Both the position numbers and the translations under genes were made by a program. The notes below the pieces were generated by a model, which worked only from the letters and a program-made list of their open reading frames with translations, was not told the DNA's origin and ran no database searches. A DNA stretch of 64,000 nucleotides from the human T2T-CHM13v2.0 reference genome, Homo sapiens, in NCBI RefSeq assembly GCF_009914755.1, contig NC_060938.1. One strand, given 5' to 3'. Positions 1-16,054 of the stretch are shown here, piece after piece. The stretch's first letter is position 1. Every line of letters begins with the position of its first letter.

Positions 1-748
1 AGATTTAGGTAAATTTAATTCCTTGTGCATTTTGTGCAAAAGTACAGGAGTTTTAAATAGAGCAGCCACACTTGAGATGGTCAGTCTTCTCATATACTCT
101 TTGCTGGAAAACTGTCCTTAACCCATTTATTTCCCCCCTTTGATTTCCTCCACAGTTCAGGTTCACTAGCGTCTTAATAAAATTGTGTACACATAGTTCC
201 TTATTAGTGGCATCTAGCTTCTTTAACTAATTAGGCAGCCTTAGAAGGGAAAGAGCATCTCTGTCCCCCACTTCTACAACTTTTTCCAGTAACCCTTTGA
301 ACTAAGAAGCATCATCTATGGCAGCCAATAGATGCCAAACTGAAACCACCAAATGGCTGAATATCTCAAAGTTAACTCAAAGTTAATTAGCAAGGACATA
401 TCTCTTTTGTCTATAGCACCCAGTCATGAAGCTAATGAAGACAAAACAGACACATTTCGTGGCTTCCTGAGTTATAGGGAAATTAGGAAAACTACCATGA
501 ACTCTGATCTACTTTCTTTTAAATTCTTTCTTATGCCTTCAGCACTGGCATGTGGGTTTGTTCAACAGACAGTCCTCCTATTTTGTTTCTCTTTAGCATA
601 AAATCCTTAATAGCAAACTGTACGCTACATAGTTTGTGGATGTCCCAGAGAACAGAAAGACATCTATTCTTGATCTTTAATTATGTTTTAATTATATCTT
701 GAGAACCAGTATCACAAAAAATGAGTTGCTGGAGGTCAAGACCCAAAA

Positions 749-790
749 GCAAAAGCAAAACAAACAAACAAACAAACGAACAAACAAAAC
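749..790 (+). repeat. (AAAC)n simple repeat
   Basis: Imperfect tandem AAAC units. Confidence 0.8.
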
Positions 791-1410
791 ATTATGGATT
801 ATAGTAGGTGCGTTGCTAAAAAAAAAAAAAATTATGAATGATGGTGTGATGGTGTGCTCCTGTACAGCACTCAGATTGCTGGAATAACAGACAAAAGCTT
901 CTTCTTAGTAACATTTTGATACTTAAACAAGGAGGAATTGATGAAATGATTTGTTAAAGTGCTTTAGCCACTGCGGTGTGGTTTTGTAAAATATAAACTT
1001 GAAGTCAGGTAGCCGGGAAATTTTGCAAAAACAAAACAACCTATATTTTGAGGCTTGTCTTCTTGGGAATTCATCAGCTTTCTTTGTTGAGCTTTTCTGG
1101 TTCAGGCATCCCATATCCATCCCATTCAGAGCAGTATATAAATGACAGTGAGTATCAAGTAATAGAAAATCAGCCATGATTTATTAGGAATTCTCATGGC
1201 ATTACTACATCTCCCTTTCACTCACAGGACCAGGAACTTTGGTGTCCAGAATATTAGTGATCCTTATACTCAATCCTCTCATTTGACAGATGAGACTGAG
1301 ACCCACAAATATCAAGCTATAATCCACCTATTACTGGTAGAGTGTGGCAGATTGTATTTTTCAAAGCTGGCTGCAACAGTATCTTCCATTCCACATGCTC
1401 TTGAATGTGA

Positions 1411-2250
<840 letters not shown>

Positions 2251-2485
2251 ACACTGGGTAAGCTTATGGCTACAGAAGAACCCATGCTATATAACATCCA
2301 AGACTACGTCATGAAAGTGACGGTGCTTCCAATTGGTTGCCTTAAATCACTCACTTTTAGAACCCAGGTGCTCTGCCATACAGGGAATGAAACAAAGGTA
2401 TTGCCATCTTTGAATTTACATGCAAAAAGGGAAGACAAGTGGCAATCGAATAGAGAAACATGTAATATAACATTAGGTGGTGTTG

Positions 2486-2840
<355 letters not shown>

Positions 2841-2999
2841 TTACAAAAGAATTACAAAAATTGCATACAGACTTCCATGGGGCCTGATTTGTATATTTAC
2901 CACAAAATCTAATGTAATCAAAAGAAACAGCTTAGAATCCTCATCTACAGATTGGATTTGAGTGTACTGTAACTGCACCAATAGCTTTGGGAAATCTGA

Positions 3000-3570
3000 G
3001 TGTTTCAGTTGTTTGGTGCTTCATAATAAACAATCCCAAAACAGAGTAGCTTAAAAATCACAATTTATTATCACCTCTCATGTTTCTCTAGATTGACTGG
3101 GCTCAGCTGGCACTTCCTGCTTGGCTGGGGTTTCTTTCGGTTGCAGTCAGATGGTGGCTGTAGCAAAAGACATGTGAAGGCTCAACTGGGCCAGATGTTC
3201 AAGATGGCTTCTTCTCTCATGTGTTTGGCCCCTCATCTGGATGACTGAAATTGCTAGGGAGAGGCCCGGTGTCTCTTCTTCTCCGTGTGGCCTCTCAATT
3301 TGGCTAGTGTGGGTTTTATCATGTCTTGGTGGTCTAATGGTAGTTGGACTTTTCATACAGTAGCTGGCATCCCCTAGAGAGAGCTTTCCAAGAACACAGG
3401 CTACTAGACTCATTATGACCTAGCCTCAGAAGCCACACAATGTTACTTCTACCACATCCTATTGTTATACAAAAACCTGCCTAGATTCAACGTAGCAGGG
3501 GTCTATGCAAAGACATGAATATCAAGAGCCAGGGTTCATTGGGGGACCTTGTTGAAGACTAGCTATCATG
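3000..3570 (-). mobile_element. MLT1-family (H/K-like) solo LTR
   Basis: Reverse MLT1 text: gcttaaaaatcacaatttatt...gggctcagctgg...gttcaagatggcttc...gcctcagaag. Confidence 0.7.
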
Positions 3571-3959
3571 ATGAGAGGTGTGGCTTAGGCAAAATGAAAT
3601 TGCATTCTACTATGGAAATATCTAAAGTCACCCCACAGAACTCAGCCCAAACCAGTAAAAGTCCTTCCCCAAAACAATTCCAAAGCCACAACCCTGCTAA
3701 TTCTCTAGGTCACTTAATGCAGGCAGAGGTGAGAAATGCTGACAGAGCCATTCTATCCATAAGGTATGACTCTCTGATGGGTGGGGCTAGCAAACCTAGG
3801 GGTCCCTTTTGTTAGAGCATGAGGACTTCCACCACTGGGAGTCAGAAAGTATTTGTTTCTTTTCTCCAAAAGCACCAAAACACATTTGAATGCCCAACTC
3901 CTTCAGCACACCAGGAATGTTCCCATGTAATATAGACTAGTGGCAGCACTGGCTAAAAG

Positions 3960-4500
<541 letters not shown>

Positions 4501-4607
4501 ACTGCCCAGCCTTGAGCAAGTCACAGGACTTCTCTGGGTTGCAGTTTCCTCATCTGTAAAAGAAAGCTAATACTCCTTCCTTCACAGGTTTGTGCTTGAG
4601 TGTCTTA

Positions 4608-4989
<382 letters not shown>

Positions 4990-5429
4990 TTAATAAATGA
5001 GTATGTTCTTATGAGGAGTCCGTGGCATAATGCATATAAAGTGCAGTGTCTGGCATAAGGGGCTTATTAATTGGTATAATATTATTAGTCCTTACGTTGT
5101 AACATAATTTTGAGGTTGTTAACTTAAGCCTAATATTCTCACAAATCTCCTGCTGAAATTGCTGTTATTTTGTCTGATTTTCACTGTTTCTTTACTTTCC
5201 CACCCAGGAAACAGCTGCACATTTGGGCAGAGAAACATAAAAAGTATTGGTAGATAATCAGGTTGCCACCACAGATGTCCCTGCCTCAACTGAGGACAGA
5301 AGACAGCAGCCAATATTCACAGAGTACTGCAGATGTTCTTCTTTAACTTGGATCAGAGGAGCCATTATAGATACAGGGTGGGTATTGCAGACTTTTCTGT
5401 TCAGAATAGAATATTGCAGAATATGCATG

Positions 5430-7870
5430 CATCCATTCAATACTTATTGAATACTACTCTGTGCTGAGCTGCCTTGGAAATACAAAGATGAATTGGACGT
5501 AATCCCTGTCCTCTCGGACCTCAAAATGCAGACAAGGAGACAAAACAAACATTAGCCATAGTACAGTGTAAGGAGTTCTATATACAGCAAAATACAAACA
5601 GTGGTTGATCTCAGAAGGAAAATTTTTGTAAGAGTGGTTTAGAAGGAGTCAAGGAAGGCTTCCTGGAGAAAGCGGTATTTTATCAGGATTTTTTAAAAAT
5701 GAAAGAACTTCAATAAGCAGAGATAGAGTAGGGCAAAGATCATCCAAGGTGGAGTAAATCATGGGGAGGCAGGTGCGGATAAAGTGAGTGAGCCGCCTGA
5801 TTAAGGTGGGAGAGGTGGCAGGTGCTGCCAATTGGCCACCCCACCTCTATCCACAACTTCACCTCCCCCAGGCACCTTCCACCCTATGACACCCTTCTGG
5901 TCACTGAGTCATAAGCAGAAGATTGCTGGGTTAGGATTGTGGGAAAGTATTTACTTTATCCTTAAAAATAGGACAGGCGCAATTAGCATGAACTTTCCTT
6001 AAACTTTTGCCCTTTGCTCTCTCTCCTTTCTTCTGCTTGAAATGTGGATGAGATCCCTGGAGGTGCCTCTTGAGGTCCGGAGGTGATAAGCAGAGGAATA
6101 AAAGCTATATGATGGGATGGTGAATAGAGAGATAGAAGGAGCATTTGACCATCATTGGGTACTTGCACCAGCCCTGCAGCAGACCTCTTAATTTCTTATT
6201 ATGTGAGAAAAAAGGGTTCACTGTTTAAGCCAGCATACATTAGATGTTCTGTTACCTGCAGCCAATGGCGTTCCTGATTGATACACAAAACAACAGTGAC
6301 CCATGGGATATAAAGTCAAAAAAATGAGTGGGATCTATATTATGAAGGGCACTAAAGTTCATGTACAGAATGATTGTTCCTTATTTAGTAGGCAATAGGG
6401 AGACAGTGAAGGTTTGTGAGTATTAATAATATTAAAGCTGTTCTTTAGGAAGATTTATCCAGCAACAAAAGGGAAAGTGCTTGGAGTCAAAGAAATCATG
6501 TAAGAAACAATTCTTGCAGTTGCTGTATAAAGTAGGGCCTCCCCTGGCATAACCTCTATCACAAATATATATATTATACATATAGATGTATGTATAATTT
6601 GATATATACAATGGACACTTTCTCAATTTATGTAAGGTATACTTATATAGAACTTTGCTATATTATTAATTTGTAACATGCACTCTAAATACAATAGCAT
6701 TTTGTCCTGTGATGGCAGCTTCAAAGCCAGTCTGTTAAACTCCTTTTGCAACTGGCCTGTGATTCCTTCTCTCAGTTCTTCCTATTTAAAAATTGAAGAG
6801 CCACCACCTATAATAGGAGAGAAGCAATAGACAATAAAGAGAGGGAGGAAGGGAAGGAGGTGAGAAACATTTCACAGGAAGAATTGACAGGCCTTGGCAA
6901 CTGTTTCAATATGGCAGGACCAGGGAGCAGAACAAATGAGGAATGACTCCAAGATAAAGCCTATGTTGCTGGAAGTTTCACGAGAGAATGAGGAGCGTGC
7001 AGGAGTGGGCTTGGACACAGAGTGGTGGGAGAAAGTGAGTTCCTCAGGCCATTGACTATCAGGAATGAACACTTGAAGAATTGTCCACATCACGTGGATC
7101 CCTTCCAGGGTGACCTCCTGGTGTGGTAGCTTTGTTTGGGGATACAAATATCAGTAAGATACCTTTGAGGATCTCACAGTTCATCCATTTTACAAACACT
7201 ATTAAGTATCTACTACTAACCAGGCTTTGTGTAAATGAATACTAATGCAATATGGTTAAGTTTCAGCCTGCGTGGCATTTGATAAAAGGGAAAGACAGAT
7301 AAACTAACTATGGCAAAGCAGCACATGACATAGGTGTGCTAGAGAAATACTGGGAATTTAAGTATAGAGTTGGACAGCTGTCTGGGAAGGCTTCACAGTG
7401 GAGAAGACCCCTCTGAGTGTTAAATAGACAAAAACATTCCAGACAGGAGAGACAGCATATGACAAAAGTGTCATCACACTTACAGCATTCTGCCATCATG
7501 CGGCTGTGGTGAGGGGGAGGGGTGTATGTAATTAAGTGGGTGAATAAAGCTCAAAATGTAAGCTGCAATTTACTTGCACAATTTACTTAACCTCTCTGAG
7601 CCTCCCTTTGCTTCTCTGTAAAATGGGAATTATCTCATGGGATTGTTATTAGGATTAAATGAGATAATGACTGCTTTACACAACGCCAAGCACAATAAGT
7701 GTTAGCTCTTGTTATCCAGTAGGTCTCAAGCCAGGATTAGATTGGCATTTCAGAAAGACTGCAGTCCTGTGCATGAGTAGATTGCATGAGACTGGAAGCC
7801 CAACTGGAAGCAAACTGCAATAGTCCGGGCCAGAGACAATGGAGCTCAGAGCAGACACCAGTGGTGGGCA
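5430..7870 (-). mobile_element. Fragmented L2 relics (with MLT1 and MIR insertions)
   Basis: L2 3'-end motifs (cattcaatacttattgaa, tccctgtcctc, gaaggcttcctggag) recurring at ~5430, 6300, 6870, 7190 and 7730. Confidence 0.55.
5812..6285 (+). mobile_element. MLT1J/I-like solo LTR
   Basis: Ends ctgtttaagcc...ttctgttacctgcagcc...cctgattgataca, the MLT1 3' end. Confidence 0.7.
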
Positions 7871-10176
7871 GCCCTGGAGGAAGATTGGAGCATGGATCTT
7901 CAGTCAGTCTTAATAGTGTTTCTCAAAAAAAGAAGAAAAACTCTTAAATTAAGCTAGGATACATAGTAAATTGTAAATTCAAATGTTGCAAAACCATAAC
8001 AATGACAAACTATTAGTAGACTGGGAAAATTAAAATTTTAATTTTAATATTTAACTAAAACTTGTTAAAGAATTTACAAAATTAACCCTGAAGATGCTGA
8101 CATTTCCCTTAATTCTGGAGGGTAAGGTAGCTTCACTCAATGCAATATGTCTTCTACTATTTCATCAGATTCTGTTATGCCATGGCCATTTTTCAGGAAG
8201 GCTGGGCATTTAATCACATATAACAAGTGTTTATTGAGTATTTGCTGTGTGCAAAGCGCTAGTAAAGGTGTCATAATCTTAGGAACAAGACCCAAGTTTA
8301 TTCTAAAGGGTTATTCTTGTGCTTCTTTTCGGGGAAAAAAAACACAAAATGATGTATATTCTTTTTTAAAAAATTTGAAAGATGCAAAAGCAACTGAATT
8401 TATAAACGACTCCAAAAATTCAAACACTGATTCTTTTTTAAACACCCCAAACAAAACCAACCAAAACTCAAACTTCTCTCACAGAATTTATACAGGTCTC
8501 AAACAATCCCACATGGTTGTGTGGTGCTCTGCAGAGGTGGCCAACAGGAGAAACAAAGACAAACTCAGCTGTGTGTCTACCTCAGGTTGGTTCGTTCTCA
8601 TGAACACATGTGGATTTGAATGTTCACTAGGGTTCCCCACAGCTCACTTAATCTGATGGTGGGTGGTGCACATGAGGTAAAGTCACCATATAAGCCATGA
8701 CTACCTTTTATTCACAATCCACCATGTGTCCCAAAACTTATCATTAAGCTTTACAATACCCTGATATATAGGAATTATACTATACTCATTTAACAGAGAT
8801 GAAGGATGAGTTGCAAAACTGGGATTTAACGGGTTTGGTGACTCCGTAACTGAAGTTCTTTCCATTTTGCCAGTGGCTTCTTAAACTACCTGATGACTGA
8901 TCTGACTCTTCAAATAAACATATCGTTCGATTTGCCTTCTGAATTTTTTTAATTAACTTTTCCCTTCTGACTTATTAAAAAAATACTCTTTGGAGAAAAT
9001 AGAACCATATAAAGAAGCATTATACCTCTAATTTTGATAATCATTTCTAGGTCAGGTTGCCAAGCTGAAACTTCATTGTCCTCGTTTAAAAAGCAATGTC
9101 TTAAGAGTTGAATTTAAAAGAACGCAATGGTGCAGTCTGTTTCATCAATGTTTAGGTATACAGAAGGAATAAATAAGCTCTGTGGGGAGGAGAGGGTTGC
9201 CTTTTTTTCTAAGTGGAGGTGAGAAGTAGGGGGACATATACCCAGCCTCTCGTACATGGCAAGAGGTATGTCCTTCAATAGTCATCAGAGTACAGGTTCA
9301 TACGTCTCAAGGACTGGTGTGTTACATGCAAGTTTCAACAAGCAGATCACAATCTACTGCCACAGCTTTCCTAAACTGGGGGATTTTACACAATAACCTT
9401 AATTTCTCACTTCTCTTTAAAATCGGACAACCTGGTAATATTACCAGGGTTGAATTCTTAGGTGGCCATAACCAGCCGGAGTGGCCCCCTTGAGACCTGG
9501 TGGCCATGCTCCTGTGTTCTGTCTTGTCCTGGGATGCTGAGGCCTCAGGTCAGTCACTGTTTTCCATTCCTTTGGCACTGTTCTATTTCTTGCCAAAACA
9601 TTTCTCTGTGCTCATATCTCTATCTAAGGTGGGGGTACATTTGCAGAGCAGTACATTTCTAGAAAAATCCTCCTACTTCACGCATTAGACGTCTGCATGT
9701 TCTTAATACAAATCTGTGTTTGCAGCTTTCCATGGTCTTCACCCCAGGATTTTTGCTCTTTCAAAAGTTCAAGCTGCAAGGACTAATGCCATGTTCTCAT
9801 TTCCACTCTGTCACAAGCTGGGGGCATGACCTTGAGCAAGTCACTCCACGCTTTGATCTTCATTTCCTCATCTGTAAAATGAGGCAGTTGGTCTCATCTC
9901 GTCAGCTCTGATGTTCTGTGACCTCATCTCTAAGGAGCTTCCTTGGCCCAGGCAACGCCAGTCTCCCTCCTCTGGCCTCTTTTTCATAAAGCTTCCCAGA
10001 GCTCAGTAGACAATTCAGTTCCAAGGCAAGTGATGCTGACTGAAGAAGGAGAAAGAGCAGGTAGGATAGAAGTGAGAAGAGAAAAAAACGACCCAAGGAG
10101 AAATGCAGCCCAGACATAAGCAGAGGGGTACAGAAGGGAAACAGGGTCACAAAGTTTATATTTAAAACACCTAAGA

Positions 10177-10534
<358 letters not shown>

Positions 10535-10571
10535 TTATACTTTAAACAAAATTATATTAAAATGTTAAAAT

Positions 10572-10732
10572 GGCTGGGTGCAGTGGCCCATGCCTATTGT
10601 CCCAGATACTCCGGAGGTTGAGGCAGGAAGATCACTCGAGCCCAGGAGGAGTTCAAGGCTGCAGTGAGCTATGATTGCACCCTGCACTCCAGCCTGGGAA
10701 ACAGAGCAAAACCCTGTCTCAAATAAATAAAT
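10572..10732 (+). mobile_element. Alu monomer (FAM/FRAM-like)
   Basis: Single arm, gagttcaaggctgcagtgagctatgatt. Confidence 0.85.
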
Positions 10733-10983
10733 TAATTTAATTAAATAAAATTTAAAAGCAATAAGTACTTATTATAGAAAATTGAAAAACTGAAAATTTA
10801 AAAAGTAAAGAAAAAAATGAACTATGATCACACCACTTAAGGTCAAGGAACACTTAACTCTAGGTATATTGGCCTTCCTAACCTTTCTTTTTATTTTTTA
10901 CATTCTTTTCATAGTTAATATTACATACAAACCTCATTTGATTTGAAAACAAAAAAATATCATGAAGTAAAATATTCAGAACT

Positions 10984-11211
10984 GGCTGGGCGCGGTGGCT
11001 CACGCTTGTAATCCCAGCACTTTGGGAGGCCAAGGCGGGCGGATCACGAGGTCAGGAGATCAAGACTACGGTGAAACCCTGTCTCTACTAAAAATACAAA
11101 AAATTAGCCGCGCGTGTAGTCCCAGCTACTCAGAGAGGCTGAGACAGAAGAACGGCGTGAACCCGGGAGGCGGAGCTTGCAGTGAGCCAAGATCGCGCCT
11201 AGACTTCGTCT

Positions 11212-11244
<33 letters not shown>
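10984..11244 (+). mobile_element. AluYc3/Yd3-like Alu with internal deletions
   Basis: cacgcttgta, 12-bp left-arm deletion (aagactacggtg), ctcagagaggctg insertion; pure A32 tail; TSD tcagaactg. Confidence 0.9.
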
Positions 11245-11247
<3 letters not shown>

Positions 11248-13189
11248 GAACTGTCTCACTAAAGTTTAAATGGCATATACGGGTACACTTTTGCTTTTTA
11301 ACTTGATAGATTTTTTTTTTTTTAAATTTTATCTAGGCAGCACTTCCAGCAATTTGTGAAAAAAGAAAAAACGGTTGAACAAAATCTTTTATTTTCCATT
11401 ATCTTTTCAATTTACCAATTTAGCTTAGGGTTTTTTTATTCTATCATATTATAAATATAAAATATTGGCCTTAAATAAAAGGGTTTAAAATAAGACCAAT
11501 TTGCAAAGTTTTAATAAAGGAACAGCTGCATTCTGACTTTCAAGTCTTATGAGTATTTTTCTACAATCTTTTTTCCTTTTTTTTTTTTTTTAAGAGAAGG
11601 CTTTCCTTTGGAAGGAGCTCGGATGTCATTTCAGAGGCCAAGCATTCCTTATTTCTATTATTTCATTTCAATCAAGGACTACAAATTGTAGGCCAAAAAA
11701 ATTCCCTTTAAAACTGATGATTCTACCAGCTTTTTTTGACATAGCCTAGAGACACTTACAATGCAGTTTTAGATAACCTCTTCTGGACGCACAAGGGAAA
11801 GGTAAGAAGATGTGATTTTAAAATGTTTGTAAAAGTGAAAGAATAATCCCATTGCTCGCAGCAGTGGGGAAAGAGCATATCTGTAGCTTTTCTTGCCATT
11901 AAGTATATCCAGAGAATGAATGCACCAGGTACAAGGCCCAGGAAAGAGGAGAGCTGCCTCTGCAGAAGCAAGGGCACTTGTCTGCAGTTCAGCTTACCTG
12001 ATTTGCAGATCGCCAGTTTATCAGAATTGAACCAACCGGCTTCATCTTCTTCTGCTTTGTTGATACCCAAGCTGGCCTTAATTTTTTTTTTTTTTTTTTT
12101 TTTTCAGCTGAGAATGTCTAAAGCCTGAGGTATGCTTCTGGGTGTTCTTAAGACTTGAATGCCGTTGCTTAAAGAGTTAAAGATCCCTGAGGCTACAGTA
12201 AAAGGACGATAAGGTAAATCACTCACCCACTGGAGATGCTCCCCTTGTCCTTTACCAAAACAAGGTTTGAGGAAGATGGAAGGCATTCAACAGTTTAGAG
12301 AAACTCTACTGTGCAAAGCCAAACATCAGTATTAGGTTTTTAAGGTTAAAGAAAGTTCTCATTGTAATAATTTATCTTTGAGAACAAGAAGTTTATTTTT
12401 CATTTATCAAGAGCTTAACATTTCCCTCTTAGGAAAAATGCTTTGAGGGATACACTATACTCAGGAAAACACTCACCAACAACGTATTTTTGTTTATCAG
12501 TTTAAGCGGAAAAACTCCACTTAGAGATTAAAAAGAAAAAAAAAAAAACAAACTTATTTCCAGTGTTAGGGGAATCCCATTGGAACTGGCTGTCCACAGA
12601 GGTGGAGAATTTGGCCTTGTTTACAGCTCTAGCAATTGCTTTAGTCCTCAGTTAGGGGAAAGTTGTCCCAGAGAGGTATTTTTAAATAAAGATAAAAAGA
12701 CTCTCCACAATATTCATTCTGCTTCCAGGAGAAACTAAATTCTATCCTTCATTGGAAGCCACTTCAAGTTTAGTATTTGGAAACTCAGAGTAGCAACACT
12801 AGAGATGAGGCAATTCAATTGAGTCCTACCAAGGACAAGTTTACAGTTTTGTATCTGTTATATTTATCAGAAAAAGAAAGAGTAGGAGGAAGAAGGAGAA
12901 GAAATAAAAGAAGGAATAGCCTTTTAGTAAATGTGGGCAAAAAGGAAGATACACTTAAAACATCTGTATCCTAATGAAGTAAAAATTTAGCTCTTCAAGT
13001 TCTAAATGCCACTTTCCTACCAAAGTCTCAAATTATAAGCAGATTGACTCAAGGTTAGGATGATGGCGTTTTGGTAGAACTTCATCTCTAAAAAAAGATG
13101 GTTACTTTACTTAGAATTCTGTCTTAGAATTAAGCATGCTGAATCCTTTTTGATTTTATGGTGCTTACTCTAATTTTAAATGAAAAACT

Positions 13190-14120
13190 TTTTTCTAGTG
13201 AAGCTTACTGTGTATGATTGAAATGTTGGTGGAAGGCAAAAGTCCTCTGCAAAAACATTTGAAAATGAAACACTCTCAGTGCATAATCCCTTGCTCTGCA
13301 GTGCAAGGTTTTCAAATAAGTGAAAAGAAGAAAAATGCACATGAGACTCTGCCTACCAGAAAAGGCTATGTGCATAGGAATCTCCTTGCTGCAAAGTGCT
13401 GACATTTGACACCACTTTGAACCCTGAATGCAGCTGGCTGTCGGACTCTGAATTGTCTCCCACCTTGTTTGTGGCCTCTGACTTATCCCTCTGGCCAAGT
13501 GCCCCATGCCTTACCAACCTCTCCCACTGCAGAGAGGGCAAGCAGGGCAGAGGCTAAGCTGGCATCCTCTTCAGGGTTCGATCAGTGTTCAGTAACAGCT
13601 ATCAGAAGGCTGCTTATCAATGACTTCCAAAGAGGTCACTTGTGGAGTCAGTGGAGATTTTGAAATGTGTTGGTGTATAACCAGCTTCTCTGAGTTTGTA
13701 AACAACTGTAATTAATCAAATCCCAGCCACAGTGCTTTGGAAGCATTCCTTTCGTGAGGGAACAGCACTAAAGATGTTGTTGTGGCTTCTGTGGTGCGGT
13801 AGCTATGGAAGCATCAGGGTGTGGTGAGAGATTAGGCTGCTGCAAGGCCATTGTATGTTGCCAGATAGAATTATCCTTTGATGTACACTGGGGTCTAAAT
13901 TGTTTTCTTTCCTTTGATACATTTAAAATTAAGATTCCGTGTTAATCCCTAATTAATTCCAAGATCAAGCTTCTATTTTCGCTATTTGAATGAGTGATGT
14001 TGGAATGTTTTTAGGGAAGTGAAGCCATAATAAAATATTTTCCAATTACATTAAATACCTTTTGGGCATGGTTATTAGACATTGCTGTATTCAGTGTGGC
14101 TTTTACATCAGAAGGGCATG
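13190..14120. promoter_or_regulatory. Candidate developmental enhancer (TCF/LEF, Sox, K50 homeodomain, TEAD motifs)
   Basis: No recognisable repeat; CCTTTGAT at 13875 and 13911, CATTGT 13849, TAATCC 13943, TAATTAATT 13950, TGGAATGT 14001. Confidence 0.5.
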
Positions 14121-14733
14121 ATTTGAAATCAGAAATCAAAAAATTTTAAGTCAGAAATGGAGCACTTATGACAATAGTGCTTTACATTCAAATGGTTTAT
14201 ACAAAAAAAAAAAAAAAAGGAAAAGAGGGAGGCTAGAAACTGCTATGATAAGATGAAAGTTCACCTTAATAAGAAAATACAGAATCAGGAATTGTGAAAT
14301 TTAAAAGGATTAAATATTAAGTATGAAAATTCAGTAGAGAACAGGTAAGATATAACCACCAGCTGAAAAAGGTGAAGATAGGAAGATAAAAGGAGGAAGC
14401 CTGGAGTTGAGCAGAGCTTTTTCTAAACTGCAATCTTCAAAGAAAATCGACCTGCACTCCACATGGGGCTTCTTCCAGGCCCTGACAGAAGGTCAAGGAC
14501 AGCTGACCTGGGCTGGAGCCAGGCAAAACTGTGAGGTTAGCTGGGATTTCATGAGTCACCCTTTTAGACCTCCCAGCAATCTCATGCCATGAATTTGCAT
14601 CTGAGCCCCAGAAGGAAGGAAAATTCCTTCTAGTTAGGAAATTAAAAAGCACAGTAGTGACCACCAAATGATGCCTGAGATTTCGCAAGCATTTGTCACA
14701 GATTTGTAGAATAGTCATGATTTAAAATATTCA

Positions 14734-14892
14734 GGCCGGGCACAGTGGCTCACATGTGTGATCCCAGCACTTTGGGAGGCCAAGGTGGATCACTTGAGGC
14801 CAGGAGTTCGAGGCTGCAGTGAGCCATGATCGTGCCGCTGCACCTCAGTTTAAGTGACAGAGCAAGACTCTGTTTCAAAAATAAAATAAAAT
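14734..14892 (+). mobile_element. Alu monomer (left-arm start fused to right-arm end; FAM/AluJ-like)
   Basis: ggccgggcacagtggctc...gagttcgaggctgcagtgag...A tail. Confidence 0.85.
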
Positions 14893-15621
14893 TCTCAGAC
14901 CATTTATCTTCATAAATACAGGAACACTTGCTAGTTCATGAAGTTTGCAGGGGGAGGGGATCAGGCTGAGGAGTTGTCACCATTCCTATGGGAACTAATC
15001 TTCTAATTCAGCCCCTTACCTTGTCTCAAGAAAAGAATGAACTTGCATGTTTTGGTCATTATTTTCTGATTACTATCATTTGTCCTGGAAGTTGGGTGGA
15101 AGCAGGTGATGTCCTGCTTCTCTCTCCCACCCCTAATTAGGGGCCTGAGTCCCATGTGATAACATCTTGAAGGGTGCTTTGCCATTATCAGTGGGTGGGT
15201 CACTGGAGTGGGGCAGGGGCACCTTCTTCTACACTCAGCCAACAACCCCCGGGCTCATACGTCTGCATCAGTTCTGACTGGGCTTGTACCTGCTCTACTG
15301 GTTGCTAAATATTTTTAATATCACCTGGTACAAAGACTTCATTTTATGAAACTCCTGGTCACCTGCTGAAGACAGCTGTGGTTCAGGGAAACACATGCTG
15401 GGTTTGGCATTATCAAGACATTTGGGTTTGAGTGTCTGCTCTGCCAAGATCAAATGCAATACTATGTGTGAACACCTAGAACAAGGGAGTCAGCTGTTTG
15501 CTCATTTCAGGTACAATTATGCGGCTGACCCACCCTTAAATACAGCCCTTCTTAGGATGTAGACATGGGAAGCATGCTGGAGCCTCCCAGGGGAGGATGA
15601 ACAGGCTGCAGCTAGACTTTT

Positions 15622-15927
15622 TTCTCTCTCTTTCTCTCTTTTTTTTTTATTTGAGATAAGGTCTCACTCTGTTGCCCAGGCTGCAGTGAAGTGGTGCCAT
15701 CTTAGCTCACTGCAGCTTCGCACCCCTGAACTCAAGCAATCATTCCACGTCAGCCTCCTGAGTAGCTGGGACTACAGGCACATGCCACCATGCCCAGATA
15801 ATTTTTTAAATTTTTTAGTAGAGATGAGGTCTCACCATATTACCCAGACTGGTCTCGAACTCCTGGGCTCAAGCAGTCCTCCCATCTCAGCCTCCCAAAA
15901 TGCTGGCATGAGCCACCATGCCTGGCC
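15622..15927 (-). mobile_element. AluJ
   Basis: J-type text (ctcctgggctcaagcagtcctccc); TSD cagctagactttt at 15609 and 15931. Confidence 0.92.
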
Positions 15928-16054
15928 TTTCAGCTAGACTTTTATGTTGGAGTTACCAAAGCCACTGAAATCTCACCAGTCTCATTGATTCAATATTGCT
16001 ACAATGTAGGTAGTAGACCTATTAGGCCTCAAAAAGTACCCACAAGTCTTTCAA

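Noticed and set aside
8147-8656. 169-aa ORF
   Set aside because: No recognisable homology or domain; overlaps an L2-like fragment and low-complexity A/C tracts
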